This document shows, piece by piece, positions 12,561-25,700 of a DNA stretch of 64,000 nucleotides; positions within the stretch are counted from its first letter, which is position 1; every line of letters begins with the position of its first letter. This DNA is from Halocafeteria seosinensis (lineage: Eukaryota), in NCBI GenBank assembly GCA_001687465.1, contig LVLI01000035.1:1-64000 (forward strand), read 5' to 3'. The notes beneath the pieces are model-generated. The model saw nothing but the letters and a program-made list of their open reading frames with translations, was not told where the DNA came from and ran no database searches. The position numbers and the translations under genes were made by a program.

Positions 12561-13208
12561 CTACAGAGAGTTTGTTTCTGATACCAAAGATTTTGGAGTT
12601 TGAAAGAAGTGGCGTAGTGACCGATTATTCTTTTTCGAACAATCTAAGATGAACAGTCTTCGGTACATGGAGCCCATTACTGGGCTTATCAACTGCACTG
12701 TGCTCTTTCTTCTCTCCTTTGGGATCCAGTTCTCGTTCGTCACGTTTCTGCGAGGGATCGGTAATGGTATGTTCGTTTGCTGGCTTTTTCTTCTGGATGG
12801 TATATTCGTGCCTAACTTAATGTTGTTATTGGGCGGCTTATTGGATACAATGGGACTTGGTTACTAGTCTTTATTTGAGGATGTACACGTGAGGCACGTC
12901 TTGAGCATTATCTGTAACGAGATTTTGTCTTCTGCAGGTGCCAAATTTGCCTCTGCTCTGTCCAGGGAGAACCAATTTTTGGTATGTTGATTGTCTGGAT
13001 CGCGTCGGATGCTGAATAGAATTACACCTTTTTCTTTACACACAGGCATACGTAGGAAAATTTTGCGTCGTAGTGCAGCAAAATTTGAGCCCTCTTTTTG
13101 GTGAGTTTCCAGCGTGAAGGCAGCCCCGGCCATAACCCAAATGACTGTATTGGATGTGATATTGACGTCGCAGGTGAATTGACTGATGTTAAGTTTAACT
13201 ATACTCAT
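12561..13208 (-). CDS. Possible small spliced hypothetical gene
   Basis: Two open frames (13208-12864 and about 12850-12561) fill a 1.2-kb gap and have splice-like sites; no homology recognised. Confidence 0.25.
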
Positions 13209-13534
13209 GTCATTCTGACAGCTGTGGTTTTAGCCCTTGTGATGGTTGTGGAAGCCGTGCACACATGCCTCAAAGAAGAGTCGAAAACAAGAAAAAATTA
13301 AATGGAGGGCACCGCGGGAATATGGCAACGAAGTACAGCTATCGATGTTGGAGGCTGCGTATGGGAAGTTTGCGGGCCCTTATATTTCGGAAGAGTAGCA
13401 CCTATTGAGGCGTTGTAGCAATCAATATACTCCATTCTAGTACGAGGGTTGAGGAAAAGTATCAGGGTGGCCATCAAACTTCACCCCAGAAGAGTAGATA
13501 TGTTATATTTTGTATTTATTCTTCATCATATTGT

Positions 13535-14507
13535 CTATTCTTCTCCTTCGTCCTTAGCCTGGGTTCGCATTCCGGAAACAACTGCTTCTTTTGCATCTGG
13601 TGCCATGCTCTTCGGCCCAAAGAAGCTATCGAAGACAGCCCAACTTAATTCGGGACTGAGAATCAAAGATATTCTTGAGTTTTCAAGTCGAACGTCCAAA
13701 AAGCCTTCTTTCCTCCAGACGAATGCCAGGTTTGAGTCCTCTGGAAGATACCCGGAGTGCTCAGACTCGGCTTCGCTGACGATGGCTTCCTTCAGTTTAT
13801 TTAACGCATCCTTAGGAGGAGTCTTAGGCATTATGGATGGATCGAACACACCTTCCAATCTATCTTTACGCAGTGCATGCTGCTCTACCTGCTCTGCCAG
13901 TAGGTTCACGAAATCTTCGGCCTTTGTCTTTTCCTTTGTCCTGATGACAAGACAGCGATCATACGGTTCTGTGGGTTTAAGTAAAATTTTCAACTCTTCA
14001 GGAATACCCTGTTTGTTGGGATTTTCTAAATCCGTAGGCATTGGGTCAATGAATACAGCTAGATCGATTGTAAAATTCTTCCTGCCGTGGCTCAATACCA
14101 CGTTTTCACTGTGTGCGGCAAGTCCCAATGGGAGAACTCCTGGAACTTCTAACTTTGCCGGAGGGAATTTCTGCGTTATTGTTTGTGGTAGTTGAGGATG
14201 TGAGCGCTCCCGCCAAAGCTAGAATCCATAATGAACTTACTCTTCCTTCTTCTTCCTCTTCTTGGCATAACGCTGTGGAAAGCAAGGAGGGCCAGAGAGG
14301 CTCCACCACGGGTTCAAGTGTGGCGTTGTGCCGTGCTTGGTCTTGGTTGTCAAAGTAGACAGACGCTCCAAAGACACTGGCGGCGGTAGCGCCTCCTATA
14401 AATAATACCGGTCGAAATGTGCTGCGGACTATGGGTGTAGCGTATACCTGCTTATTGGACCATGCCCCCCGGAAATACCGAGCAAACGATTGAAAACCCA
14501 GGCGCAT
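13535..14507 (-). CDS. Chalcone-isomerase-fold protein (FAP / Aim18-Aim46-like), probably mitochondrial, 2 exons
   Basis: Arg-rich presequence plus a hydrophobic stretch; C-terminal SPELSWAVFDSFFGPKSMAPDAKEAVVSG resembles the CHI-fold terminal motif; one intron joins EEEGR-KFPP. Confidence 0.72.
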
Positions 14508-14901
14508 TTTCTGTTTTTGGTGTCAGAGTGTGGCTAAATATCAGAACACCCCGTGTTCTCTGTATGGAACAATACACGTCTTTTTCGACAACAATATCAG
14601 CAAAAGCAATCTAGGAATATAGGCCACGGTTAACCTCGCGAACCAACCACTTGCTCACATGGGACTCCTGTGGTATGGGCGAGGCACGAGAGCACCACTT
14701 TGAAGCGCCCCTAAAAAAGTTTGCTGTTTGGCCCAACTTCAACGGGAGGAATCCCATAACACACAGTTCGTCGATCGGGATGGATGGTCGAATGATTGAT
14801 CCCTTTCGAATGTATGCGGATAGATAGGGCTGTGGAGAGAATTCCCCACTAGAGGTGGTGTGGTATGTTTCTGGTTGGGAAAGAAATTACACCGACCAAC
14901 C

Positions 14902-15882
14902 ATGGCATTTGCTACAGAAGAAATTGTCAACCATTATGAGGTGCTCGGCGTCGAGCAAGAAGCGACGGAAGCGGACATCAAAAGAGCACATAAATTGCTT
15001 GCTAGAAAAGTCCATCCTGATAAAAATCCAGATGATCCGAAAGCTGCAGAGAAATTCCACCAGGTGTCGAAAGCCCGGGAGGCTTTACTCGACCCTAAAC
15101 AGCGGGAGGAACTCGATAAGAAACTGAAATCGCAAAAAGAAAAGGAGGAGAAATACAGGAAAATGAATGAAAAGAGAAGGAAGATGCAGGAAGCTCTGGA
15201 ACGACGCGAACGGGAAGGGCGGTCCTTTATGGGGACCGGCGGCACCAGTGACGATGGACCCAAGACAAGCAAGGAGGATCAGAAACACAGAGAAATCCGA
15301 GAAAAGAATAGGAAACAGCGAGAGAAGATTGAACAATCTATGAAGGAGAAGATGCAGTCTTCTAACACTGGAAACAAAGCGAGCTCGGGCTCGTCTTCTA
15401 ACAAGGCTCCGGAAGATGCCATCCGAGTTCAGTGGACGGACGCCGAGGCGCATATTTTAGGGTTAGAAGGGGACACAGATGCGTGTTCAAAGCGCTTACA
15501 AGAAATGTTTGAAAAGTATGGAAACATTACAAACGTTATCTGTAAGAATCGCACTGCAGTTGTAGAATTTGAAAGGGGTGGAAGTGCCGCAGCGGCGACG
15601 TGCAACCCTCCTCCCGGTTTGACTGTCACTAATCCAACATCTCAAAAACGGGCGAAGGCAGAACGAAAACCACAAGGGGAAAGCCAAAGTGAGGAAGAAG
15701 CAGATAGGGCTTCCGGAGAAAATCCGTTTTACAAGCCGAACATCGGATCGAAATCGAAACACGCTCAGAATGAAGATGGCGCTTCGTCGAATGGCCACCA
15801 TGACTTCAAGAAAAAGGAGCAGTCGATCCTCAGTGCGTTAAAAGAAAAGCAAAGAAGCAAACAAAAGCAAAATAGCTCCTAG
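14902..15882 (+). CDS. DNAJC17: DnaJ subfamily C member 17 (Cwc23-like): J-domain, coiled coil and RRM
   Basis: HYEVLGV...HPDKNPDDP J-domain; RRKMQEALERRER; RRM-like IRVQW...FEKYGNI...AVVEF. Confidence 0.85.
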   Translation: MAFATEEIVNHYEVLGVEQEATEADIKRAHKLLARKVHPDKNPDDPKAAEKFHQVSKAREALLDPKQREELDKKLKSQKEKEEKYRKMNEKRRKMQEALERREREGRSFMGTGGTSDDGPKTSKEDQKHREIREKNRKQREKIEQSMKEKMQSSNTGNKASSGSSSNKAPEDAIRVQWTDAEAHILGLEGDTDACSKRLQEMFEKYGNITNVICKNRTAVVEFERGGSAAAATCNPPPGLTVTNPTSQKRAKAERKPQGESQSEEEADRASGENPFYKPNIGSKSKHAQNEDGASSNGHHDFKKKEQSILSALKEKQRSKQKQNSS

Positions 15883-16001
15883 AATTGCGATTGGCCCACA
15901 AAGTGTGACTATGACACAGTAGCGTATCAGCTACGTGTGTGTCTTTTGTGGTATTGATCGTTCCTGTCGCGTGGAGAGAAGTTTATAAAAGTCGAATCCT
16001 G

Positions 16002-17643
16002 TCATCGTCTAGAGCACTGCCTCATGAGGATACGCCGCTCATGTTCTAGGTCTTGGATTTTCTTCTTTGCTGACTCTAGAGAACTTTCAAGGGCGTCTAT
16101 TTTGCTGCTCTCGAGATGGGACTGCTTCTTTCTTAGCGATTCAACTTCCTTGCGGAGCGACTCGTTCTCTCGAGTAAGCTGCTCTTTTTGATCTTCTAAT
16201 GTACTCACAACGGAAGAAAGTCTGTTCAGCTCGGAGTTCGTGTGGGATACCGTTTCTTCAAGCTTCCTGCGTTCATCAAGAGTGGCTCTTTCTATCTTGT
16301 TGGTGCATTCGACGAGAGATTCATCCTTCTCTTTTAGTTTTTTTTCCAATCGAGTGACCTCCTGCTCCGCTACTGTCCGAGAACGCTTTTCTTCCTCGTA
16401 CATGCTTTTAACATCACTGAGGTCTGTCCGGAGTCTAGTGATTTCCTGATTACATTGTGAGTGTCCTTCATCTTCCATTGCCTGGACTTGCCGCAGCAAA
16501 GCATATTTACGACCAATAAGCTCCTTGCAAAAGGACCGTAGTGACAAAGTATCAAAAGAATCTACCAGCTGAAGTTCGACTTCTTCCTGCCTACCTTTAC
16601 CCATGCTGTTTGATTGGATTGCGTCGAAGACTTGATATCCTTCTAGCTCTGTCCATTCCGTTTTCAATTTTTTGCACAATCGGTTCAACTGGTCATACTT
16701 GTTTAAGACTTTGGCCTGAACTGATGAGATATACAGTTTTGCGGTGTCCGCTCGGTGACCTAGCGTCCTCAACTTCTTTCTTGTCGCATACTCAAATTTT
16801 TGAAATCCTTCGTCTACTGAGTCGACAACAGACGATATCATTTGAGCTGCGTCGAGAAATCGACGTAGATCTTGTTGTTGTCCATCGTTGCGCAATCGCG
16901 AATGAACTGTCTTCAGTAGATACTGTCTCTCGCGCTTCCATTGACTTTGCGCATCTAACCAAGCGCGCTCGCGCATTCTTAAATTTACAAGCAGCTCAAA
17001 AACTTTTTGCTGCCATACTTCCAGTCGACTGGTTGTAGGTTTGGTTGTCAGCTGTTGGTCCGATGCATTTAAGCGGGCGCGATTGACGGTACTCAATTGG
17101 CTGCTCGGAGCATAGACGCTGACACCGTTGATCCTGGAGATCCAGGGACAGCATGTCCTTATATGCTGTACAAGTTCTTTGAAGGGTACGTTTCTCGAAA
17201 TTGGGCATCCTCGTACATCGACTTCCCGAAGCTGTGGGAGTTTGGCCAAGAATGACAAATCATGGATCTCATTATTTCGAAGGTCCAATACTTCCAGGTT
17301 CTGTAGTTTCTGTATAGAGCCATGAACATGACTTATTCCTGCAGACCGGCACAGCGTATCCAAAGGAAGTGAGGGGTTGCAAGAGCACGAAGAAAAAGGA
17401 AATACTCCCACACATACCATTATTGCAAGCTCTGAGGATCGAGAGTTCAGGACACTGCTTCACCAATCGTTCGATAGCTTTCTCCGACAGTTCCTGTTGC
17501 GTCGTGCACTCGGAAGCAGAGGAAGCGATGCCATTCGGGGTGCTACTGACAGAACTCATGGTAGTTGGCGCCCTAGACTGTGTAGGTTCACCATGTGTAG
17601 GTGCGCTATATCCATTACATGTATGAGCTGGCGGCTCCATCAT
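16002..17643 (-). CDS. Leucine-rich-repeat and coiled-coil protein with a CCHCR1-like motif, 2 exons
   Basis: LRRs LQNLEVLDLRNNEI and LPQLREVDVRGCPI; WQQKVFELLVNLR; long heptad C-terminus; start codon uncertain. Confidence 0.75.
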
Positions 17644-18280
17644 GCATTTTGCTGGGAGTTTCAGTGGAAAGCTACCACCACACGATTACAAACATCTATG
17701 CAGCCCTTCTATCCATAAATTTGATGGTGATCCAAGACAAACGCGCCTTAGAGTCTACTCTCAGATAGTGCTTTCGCAGTCCGTAACGGGACGGTGTGAA
17801 GCTAAATATGGGGACTTGTACACGAATGCTATGCTGCCAAGTGAGAGATGTGGGATACTCTCGGGCAGCTACGAAGACATTCGAAGTATTACATTTCATT
17901 GTTGTTTGGCAGCATACACTATATAAACGAAGTAGCTGCGTGTACTTCCACGTAACACTGGGTAAACAATCGATCGGGTGGCACGCACCAAGGGCATAAT
18001 AGTGCATACAGCACGATCGCTATTCACAGAACATTGTATCCATTTGAGAGTATTGTTTCCCCCCCTGTCTCCCTTAGCATTCCGGAGACGCATCACCAGT
18101 CTCTGCTTGTACAGACTTGGCACTACACCTGCACGACATGACAACTCCAGGTGATAAGTGAGTACTTAACTCTAAGAGCTTTAGGAACTACATACTCCTC
18201 TCTCTTCATTATTCCAACCTTCGTGAAATCGTTGAGATGCTTCCTTGTAAGCACCATTTCATTCGCTAATTCCCCTGGAA

Positions 18281-18514
18281 TTAGACATTGAAGCCTTCTG
18301 ACCGAAGGCATGCCTTATGGTCCTCAATCAACTGTTTGCAGTTCTCTTCGCCCTTTTCCACGATGCACATATCCCTAAGTTTTTTCGTTTCTGGGCAGGC
18401 ACAGCAGATTTTCTTCTGTGGCTTTTGCGGTTGCTGCTGCTGCTGTTGTTGTGAGCTTGGAGCTCCAGCTGATGGCTGAGGTGGTGCCTGTTCCTTGCCT
18501 TGTATCCCTCCCAT
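18281..18514 (-). CDS. COX17: Cytochrome c oxidase copper chaperone COX17
   Basis: [41 protein letters not shown]: CCxC plus twin CX9C. Confidence 0.97.
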   Translation of the reverse strand: MGGIQGKEQAPPQPSAGAPSSQQQQQQQPQKPQKKICCACPETKKLRDMCIVEKGEENCKQLIEDHKACLRSEGFNV

Positions 18515-18938
18515 AGTCGGAAAACGCAATGTTGGTTAGCTCCAGAAATGCAATCGAACCCTTCGATGACTGGCGCAATTTACTCTGCAATTTTCAAACA
18601 CAATCTAGTCGAAATTATTACCACGTCCATAAGTAGGGCCTCAGTCACGTCCAAGTTGAAGACTTCACGATGCTGGAATTCTACCACAGTTTACGTCAGA
18701 ATGATTTTTCGGGTTTGTTTCCCTGAAAAATACAAAAACAGTAAGGGGTGGGTCGAATCGGGAGTTCTATACCCGTAGCACGGCAGAGTGTAAACGGTAA
18801 CAATTCCGGTACGTTTGGTAATGAGCACTTGTGTCGTTTATCGTAACATCCAAGCCGCTCAATTTAGAGGTCAAGTACTTCAGGCACATGCTACCATCTA
18901 CAATTGTACGCTTCAATTCTACTTATTCATTGATGTAA

Positions 18939-21900
18939 TCACCTATTCACATCTTGTAACTGCGGAGGCATTCTCTCGAACTCCCTACTCCTTCTAGATC
19001 TGGCTGAAACCCAGCTGGCAAACGACGGCCCTAAACCATGAGTTTGCAACCATGTAAGAAACATATCTTCCTTATGACGCAATTGATTAATTTGCTCCCT
19101 AAATGCAGCGTCTACATTTTGCTTCGACTCTCGAAGTCGATTCAAACCATCGGATAATTCTCTTTTGGAACGCTCTGTTTCTGTAGCTAGAATGTTCAAA
19201 TCCCGCGCTTCGGCTTCCAATTCTTGTATCCATCGCTCTCTTTCTTGTTCTAGCCGTCGATTTGCCTCACGCAAGAGGTCATTTTGCTCCTTCAAGCTGA
19301 ATTTGTCAGCGCTCTGGGCTTTCTTCTGTTGGTTCAGAAGTTGGTTATACTTCTTAGCCAATTGCGATTTCTCAGCCTGTAGAGCCTTGTAGTCTTCTTG
19401 CTGCATTCGAGTGATTTGTTGAAGACTCCTCATCTTTTCCATTACCGTGGAGGCTTTGCTAAGGAAGGCTGTTGGATCATGCTTCTGCGAAGGAGGGGTA
19501 GAGGACCTTTTCTTGATATCCGGCTCTGTGTGAGGCCATCTGGAGGATTGCGTTCTCTCCAACTGTTTTCCGCTCAATATTGTATCCCATGCTCCCCGGT
19601 ATTCCTCTCTCGTGGCATCAGAGTCATGGATCCTCGCTATTTCATCCAGTTCACTTCTCGGAGAGATCTGTTTGGTGTCTTTCCTCAAAACGGATGCTGA
19701 CTTGGGCCGTTTCAGTGCCTTCTTATCAGGTGATGGCGGACTCTCAGATGAATCGTTGGGTGATCCGGCTGCCTTGTGGCTGGTGCCCTGAGGGATTTGT
19801 TCCAACAACTCCTTGTACTGCTTCTCAATATCCTGTTTCTCACGAAGCAGCTTTTCATACTCCATGTTCATGTTTTTTGCCTGTACGGGCTCGGCATCAG
19901 AGCTTGCAGAATTGCCTACATTTTCTAATGCTGGCCTATGAAACCTTGCAGATTGCGAACGTTTGAGTTTCTGGGTGTCTGCAAGGGCGTATCCACCAGC
20001 GTCTTGAACACCCTCTTGTAAGTGACTGTCTTTATGCTCTCCAGTCGTGCTCTCTGCTGGTAGCAGACTTGATTCCGCATCATGCAATGAACGATGCGAC
20101 GTTCTCTCTCCCTGCGGAATGGCTATACTTCCTCTCGCCCCAGTTTGGTTATTCCTACTCGTTGCATCAGCCACTCCCTGAATTTCATCGCTGTGCGTGG
20201 TAGTGCTTGCCTGAAGGAGTGGTGCTTCTGCGTTAATGGGAAGTAAGTTCAAGCAATAAACTAATGCCCTTAGCTCACAACGTAAAAGACGTACCTGAAT
20301 CTTTCCAAGAAATATTATTGTCCTCTTCTCGGTGGGATTCCCTCTCAGAAGACGATCGATATGGCTCCGCACTTCGGCTACGTCTCAGACTTCTTCCGTC
20401 TTCACGGCTCCTACCCCTTGGAACGTGTTCAGATTTTCTATTCAGTTTATACGGTTCTGGAGATGCCTTTCGCTTCACCTCGTCGGCACGCTGTCGTCTT
20501 AAGTTGGCTGAACTTTTCGCTCTCCGCGGAGAACTTGATACGAGGCGGTTGTTCTTTGGACGGCGAGACTGATCTGGGCTGGTGGATGACTTCCGTAACT
20601 GACTTGCACTCTTTACTTTACGCATGTCTCTTCCGCTGCCTCCGTTGTCCCCGCTACCGCTGTTTCTTGTGACGAGATGAGGTAAGGGTTTCACATTTGG
20701 CACTGACGTAATTTCTTTGTTCACGGCTTGCTCCTTTTGCAATGGTAAAAGTACGTCACTCGAAGGGGATTCCGTGGATTCCTCCTGAATTGAGCTGGGG
20801 ATTTCCAGTGTCTGTTGCTGGGGGAAAAAAGAAACAGCCTTTTTCAGGTCGGGAGAATTGCGCTTTTCTCCCTCATAGGTTGTTGTGTACCTCTCTCCTT
20901 CATAGTCTCCGGTCCCTGAAGGAACAGCGTGTGCATCATCAAGAGCCCCCATATTTCCTTCGGCGTCACCTGATACTATCTTCCCGTCGCTATCCTTCTT
21001 CCAAACCCCTGTGTCCCTTTCACTCGTAACTTTTGTTTCTTCTTGCCCCAAATTTGGAGCAAGTGGGGTGTTATTCTGGTCCACATATTCGCCGGGCTCC
21101 GGCTGCTCACGGGAACTAGCTGGTGGATACTCTCCTCCCGTGTCGTTTGAGGTGTTCCATGAAGACCCTAAGACTTCGTCAATGGCTGCTCGTCTCCTTC
21201 GTCTGGCTTCCTCTTCCTCTTCATTCGTATAAGATACCGCTTCCGAGTCCATATCTAGACTGTCAACGTCCATATCAGCCAAGTCTTCGATCGTGTAATT
21301 TGCTGGGTCTCTTAAAGAACGAGGCTGATGTGGTCTTCCATGAGTCATATGACTGCTCTGCTGAGCGACGTCAGGTTTTGAAAAATGCCTGGAAGCTTTC
21401 GTTGCGGACTGTACATACAGATCGTCATCAACATACATGGGGATTCAAGCGCCATACTTTCAATAGACGGCCAAACTTACCTTACGTGCTCGAGCCATCT
21501 TAACTAGGCGATCCGAATTCTCATTGATCGACGGACGGAAAGTACATTCCTTCAGATCCTTTTGAAGCTTTTCATTTTTTTCTCGTTCCAAAGCCTGCCG
21601 GACCTGCTCCTGGTGGCTGGAACTTCTCTTCCAAATGGGCGCCTGTTGCTCAAATTTTGTTGGGTCATTCAATTTTGCCACACTTTGTCGCTGCTGTTTA
21701 TATGTAGTCTTCTTAGAGGGAGACCTTGATCTTTGCTTGACGTCTTTTGACATTCCCAGTAGAGTCATTGCTATGGAGTCGTAGTCAGATTCTGTTGGTG
21801 TGTACCGCTGCTCAAACAGCGACTTCGCAGTATGAGTTACGCTTTGGCTCGATTGGTCCACACTCGGCGGGAAAGCTCTTCCAGTGCTGCTACGAAGTCC

Positions 21901-21978
21901 CTGTTTTGTGTTCTCGCCATGGGCAAATGGGGACACATTCTCGTCCTCCTGGCGTCTATGAGAACCGGACCGGCTCAT
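18939..21978 (-). CDS. Large disordered / coiled-coil hypothetical protein, 3 exons
   Basis: ORFs 21460..21978, 20275..21438 and 18939..20372 splice in frame through GT-AG introns; KECTFRPSIN motif; C-terminal coiled coil. Confidence 0.75.
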
Positions 21979-22006
21979 ACTGGGCTTTGACTTTCCTGCA
22001 GTGGCG

Positions 22007-22067
22007 ATCGCGGGTCCAAATTGCCTCCTTCTTCCTCTATCGCGGGTCCAAATCGCCTCCTCCCTCT
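22007..22067. repeat. Short imperfect tandem duplication (2 x about 30 bp)
   Basis: ATCGCGGGTCCAAATTGCCTCCTTCTTCCTCT followed by ATCGCGGGTCCAAATCGCCTCCTCCCTCT. Confidence 0.85.
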
Positions 22068-22766
22068 ATTAGCAAAGCCTAAGTTATCCCTTGATTCAGC
22101 TACTGCTTCGCTGAGGATGGGTACAAATCCAGCATGTTCTCTCCGTTCGGGCGTCCTCAGTGTCCAATGGGCAAGGGCTGCTTCTCTCAGTTAGTTCACT
22201 TGTACGGCAGTGACTGGTCGCTTGAAAATCTAGCCAACACCAAGGAATAATGTCGGGACCTTTAATACCCAGAATTGGCCTGCTGGAAGCACATAAACAC
22301 TGCTCTTGAGTGGCGAAGATGCTCTAACGGTACCTGTCGCTTGGGGTTGACACGATGTCTTCCAGAGCTCCGCCACGAAAATACACATCTAGATCCAAGC
22401 AAATACACTAACAACCATGTACAATACAATAACTCCACTCTGTTCCGTGAACATCGGCTTGTTGTTGGCGGATATGCCAGCCTCAGGAAGGCATGGCATG
22501 GCATGAGTCAACGCGCCAAAAAACTTTGTCGCGTTCGGCTCGCACACCCCCGAAGCTTCTACGCCATACATATACAAGGTAGCCCGTGCCGTGTTGATGC
22601 CACGGAAGACCTCGAACTGAATGCACTCGGACCGCTCTACGTATACGGAAGACAAGGATTTTCTAACAACAACTGCGTCTGTCATGTGTGAATCGTGAAT
22701 CCCTTCTGCTTCCGACGTTGTCTGGTTGTGTAGGTCATTTCCTGAGTGGCTGTACAAGGAGCAATT

Positions 22767-25700
22767 ATGGAGTACCATCGCTACAATCAGCAACAGGGCC
22801 CACCAATGTCCACGAGCTCGCTACCGCGCACACCGCATCCTGCTACTGCCGGCGGCCTCCAAGGACGAACGACTGAACGGGGCAATGACTTTATGCACCC
22901 CAACACCACGGGACGAATGCAGTCCACAACGAGTGGGACGAAGTCTTTGCATACGTCATGGGCTTTCCGACGAAGTGGGCAAAGGGGACCTAACAGAAGT
23001 ACCGCCCCGTTGTCTATCTCTGCCACGCCGAGGTATGGTCGTGGAAAATGTATAGAATTAACTCGTCTTTGTGACCTACGTTAGATCGTTTTCTATTATT
23101 TGTACAGGCACCATGGAGTTAGTCCTCTTGTGACCAACCAAAGTCTACAGTCTGCTCGTTCTAGCGCTCCAAATGAACCTACTGTTGTGCAGCAAGAATC
23201 TGTACTGGCGCGAACCTACCGCGAGGCGGAAATGTTGGACTCCCAGCAACAGCAACGCGCCCCTAACAATGCTTCCGCTGGATGGCAATCTCCATATGCT
23301 AGTGCGGTAAGACAGCGGTTCGATAGGATTCACCAGGTTTCTCCGGCACCCAAGGTACGACGTCTGGCTAACTTACAGGGGATAGTTCTTGCAATCTAAG
23401 CGGAAATAGTTTCATCCTGCAGGTACTTCAAAAGACAGCACACCACGCGGCATTTGCGGCCTCAATAGCCAATTACGGGAGCGCCTCTGTTGGTTCAAAT
23501 GCAGCCTATTATGGACAAGGAAATCAGCACGTGGGCCCAGCTCCACCCACCACCTCCACCTATGGAATTTACGCCTCAAGTGAGACAGGCCGATACTTTT
23601 CTCCGTCAGCGAGTGCGAATATCCAAGAACGATTCGCCGGCTCCGCATCTGCTGTACCTCGCAATCGGTCTTGGAACATTGCGAACCAAAGCCCCCTACC
23701 ACTCAAATCGTCTACCCCCGTAGAGCAACCGCATCGGAGGTTGGTGGCTATGGGAGTCGGTTCGCCCAAACCACGGCTGGCTGGCACTCATTCTGTGGGT
23801 CCGCGCACATCTGCGGCAACCGTGAATGATAGATCCTCAAGCCTATGGGGCAGGAACCAAGAAGCCAGCTTTACATCAACTCCAGTTCAGCAAGCTTCAT
23901 CTTCTGGCTCGGCGTTGCTAAGCCACAGGGGGGAACATGACAGTACAGCAACGAGGCTGTTTCAACATCTCCCAAACCAAGACGCTTCTCCTGGCGCTCA
24001 GGCCGAGCTTCCGTGGCAAAGACAACTGAAGGCAATGGGTCTATCGAGTGCCATTGATAGTACACTAGAAACTGTCAGGGCTAGGAAACTACTCGAGAAG
24101 CAAGGCTATCGTGTGCTACCTCTTAAGGAGCAACAACAAGGCTATGCAGACGATAAGCGGGAAGTCTTGCGAGAGATGAATAGTGATCATGTGGAATCAA
24201 AAGTTCCAGATAAATCCCGGGGTTCTTCAGCTGACAGTGATCGAGCGACTGGCAACGACACAAATGGAGCAAGCAGGCAGGCGGCGAAGGCGGACAAAGA
24301 CAGTACAGATGAGTTTGATTCCATTTCAGTTGGGCCCACGGAGGTATCTGAGCAGGATGGAGAAGCACCAGAGAATGGCGAAATAGAAGAAACTTACCGA
24401 ACTCCATCCACCCGATTGTCTCACCGGAAACCTCGCCAACATTTGAAAGAGCATACTGTCCCGGGAGGACGCGAAACAGATGGGAATCAACCATCCTCCC
24501 ATGTCAACGAGGGCTCTCCCGAGGGAATTAGAACTTTAAAGAATACTATTTCTTCCTCTGATTTGCATAAGATTGAAGACACTTCTAAGTCACTCGGACG
24601 TGCTCGATATTCCAAGGGCAATAGAAACGATGTACCGTCAAGCCAAAGGAAAGAGTCGAAGAGTCCAGCCTCAAAGGAGGAGGGACGCAACGCAGTGAAG
24701 GTCAGGGTGTCAGATTCAGCCCAGAGATCCGGTGGTACTTCCGGGAGAGAGTCAAAGAATTCATCATCAAAGGAAGAACGTAAAAGCGTGAAGACCAGGG
24801 GGCACGATTCAGCTCAAAGATCTGGTAGTGCTTCCCGAGAAGCTAGTGTAGGTTCTGGCGAACTCGTTGAAGAAGGAAGGAAGAGCAGCGGCTCCAAGAA
24901 TACAAAAAAGAATTTGAGCCTCTTAGAATCGCTATCTTCTACATCAAACAAGGAATCCCAGGTAGTGTCTAAGAAGAAATGGAAGAAGCCACGGAAAGCA
25001 AAAATTGGCAGGGTAGATAGTTTGTTCTCCCTCAGCAACCCCTCTAGCACTGAACGCGTTGGAAAAGATGGAGTCTCTAGTAATGGCACAAGGGGGTCTT
25101 CTGCACCGAAGAGTGACAGCAAGAAACATGGAGGAGTAAAGCGGGATCGACCGCCGACTCCCCAGGTTTCATCGAAGATTATGTCGGTCACTCAGAGAGC
25201 GAATAAACGTACCAGGAAGGATAATAAGAGGGAGAAATCCGATCCTCGAATCAGCCTGGAGAACAAACTCGCGAAGGCTATGTCGGATGAACAATCGCCC
25301 CATGGGGATAAAAGAAAGAAGCAGGGGAAGGCAGGTCCGACTCAGAATAATAAGAGAGCCCCTGCCGGCCAGCCTGCTCACTCGAGACAAGAGGGACGTG
25401 AGCGTCGAGACCATAGCAGTATCAATGACACTCACACAAACCACCCGCCTAACAATGAGCCAGATCTGCGCAAGGGTCCAAGCCGGAAAGCGGCGTCCAC
25501 CGCTTCGGCAAGGATCTCTGCGACTTCGTACCTAGAGAGCCAACGACAAATTGACCCAGATTTTTATGGATGGATGGAGCAGGAGAAAAATCAAAGTCTT
25601 AGCGTGCAGTCGTCCCCGGAGGACGGGAAACAGGCTGCAGAAAATTCTACGCCGGTATCCGTATCCACGGAAATCGCCAACGGAGGCTGGAGCAATGAAG

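Noticed and set aside
13449..14195. Long antisense ORFs (248 aa here, and 25903..26499)
   Set aside because: They are shadow frames opposite well-supported genes and contain no recognisable motifs.
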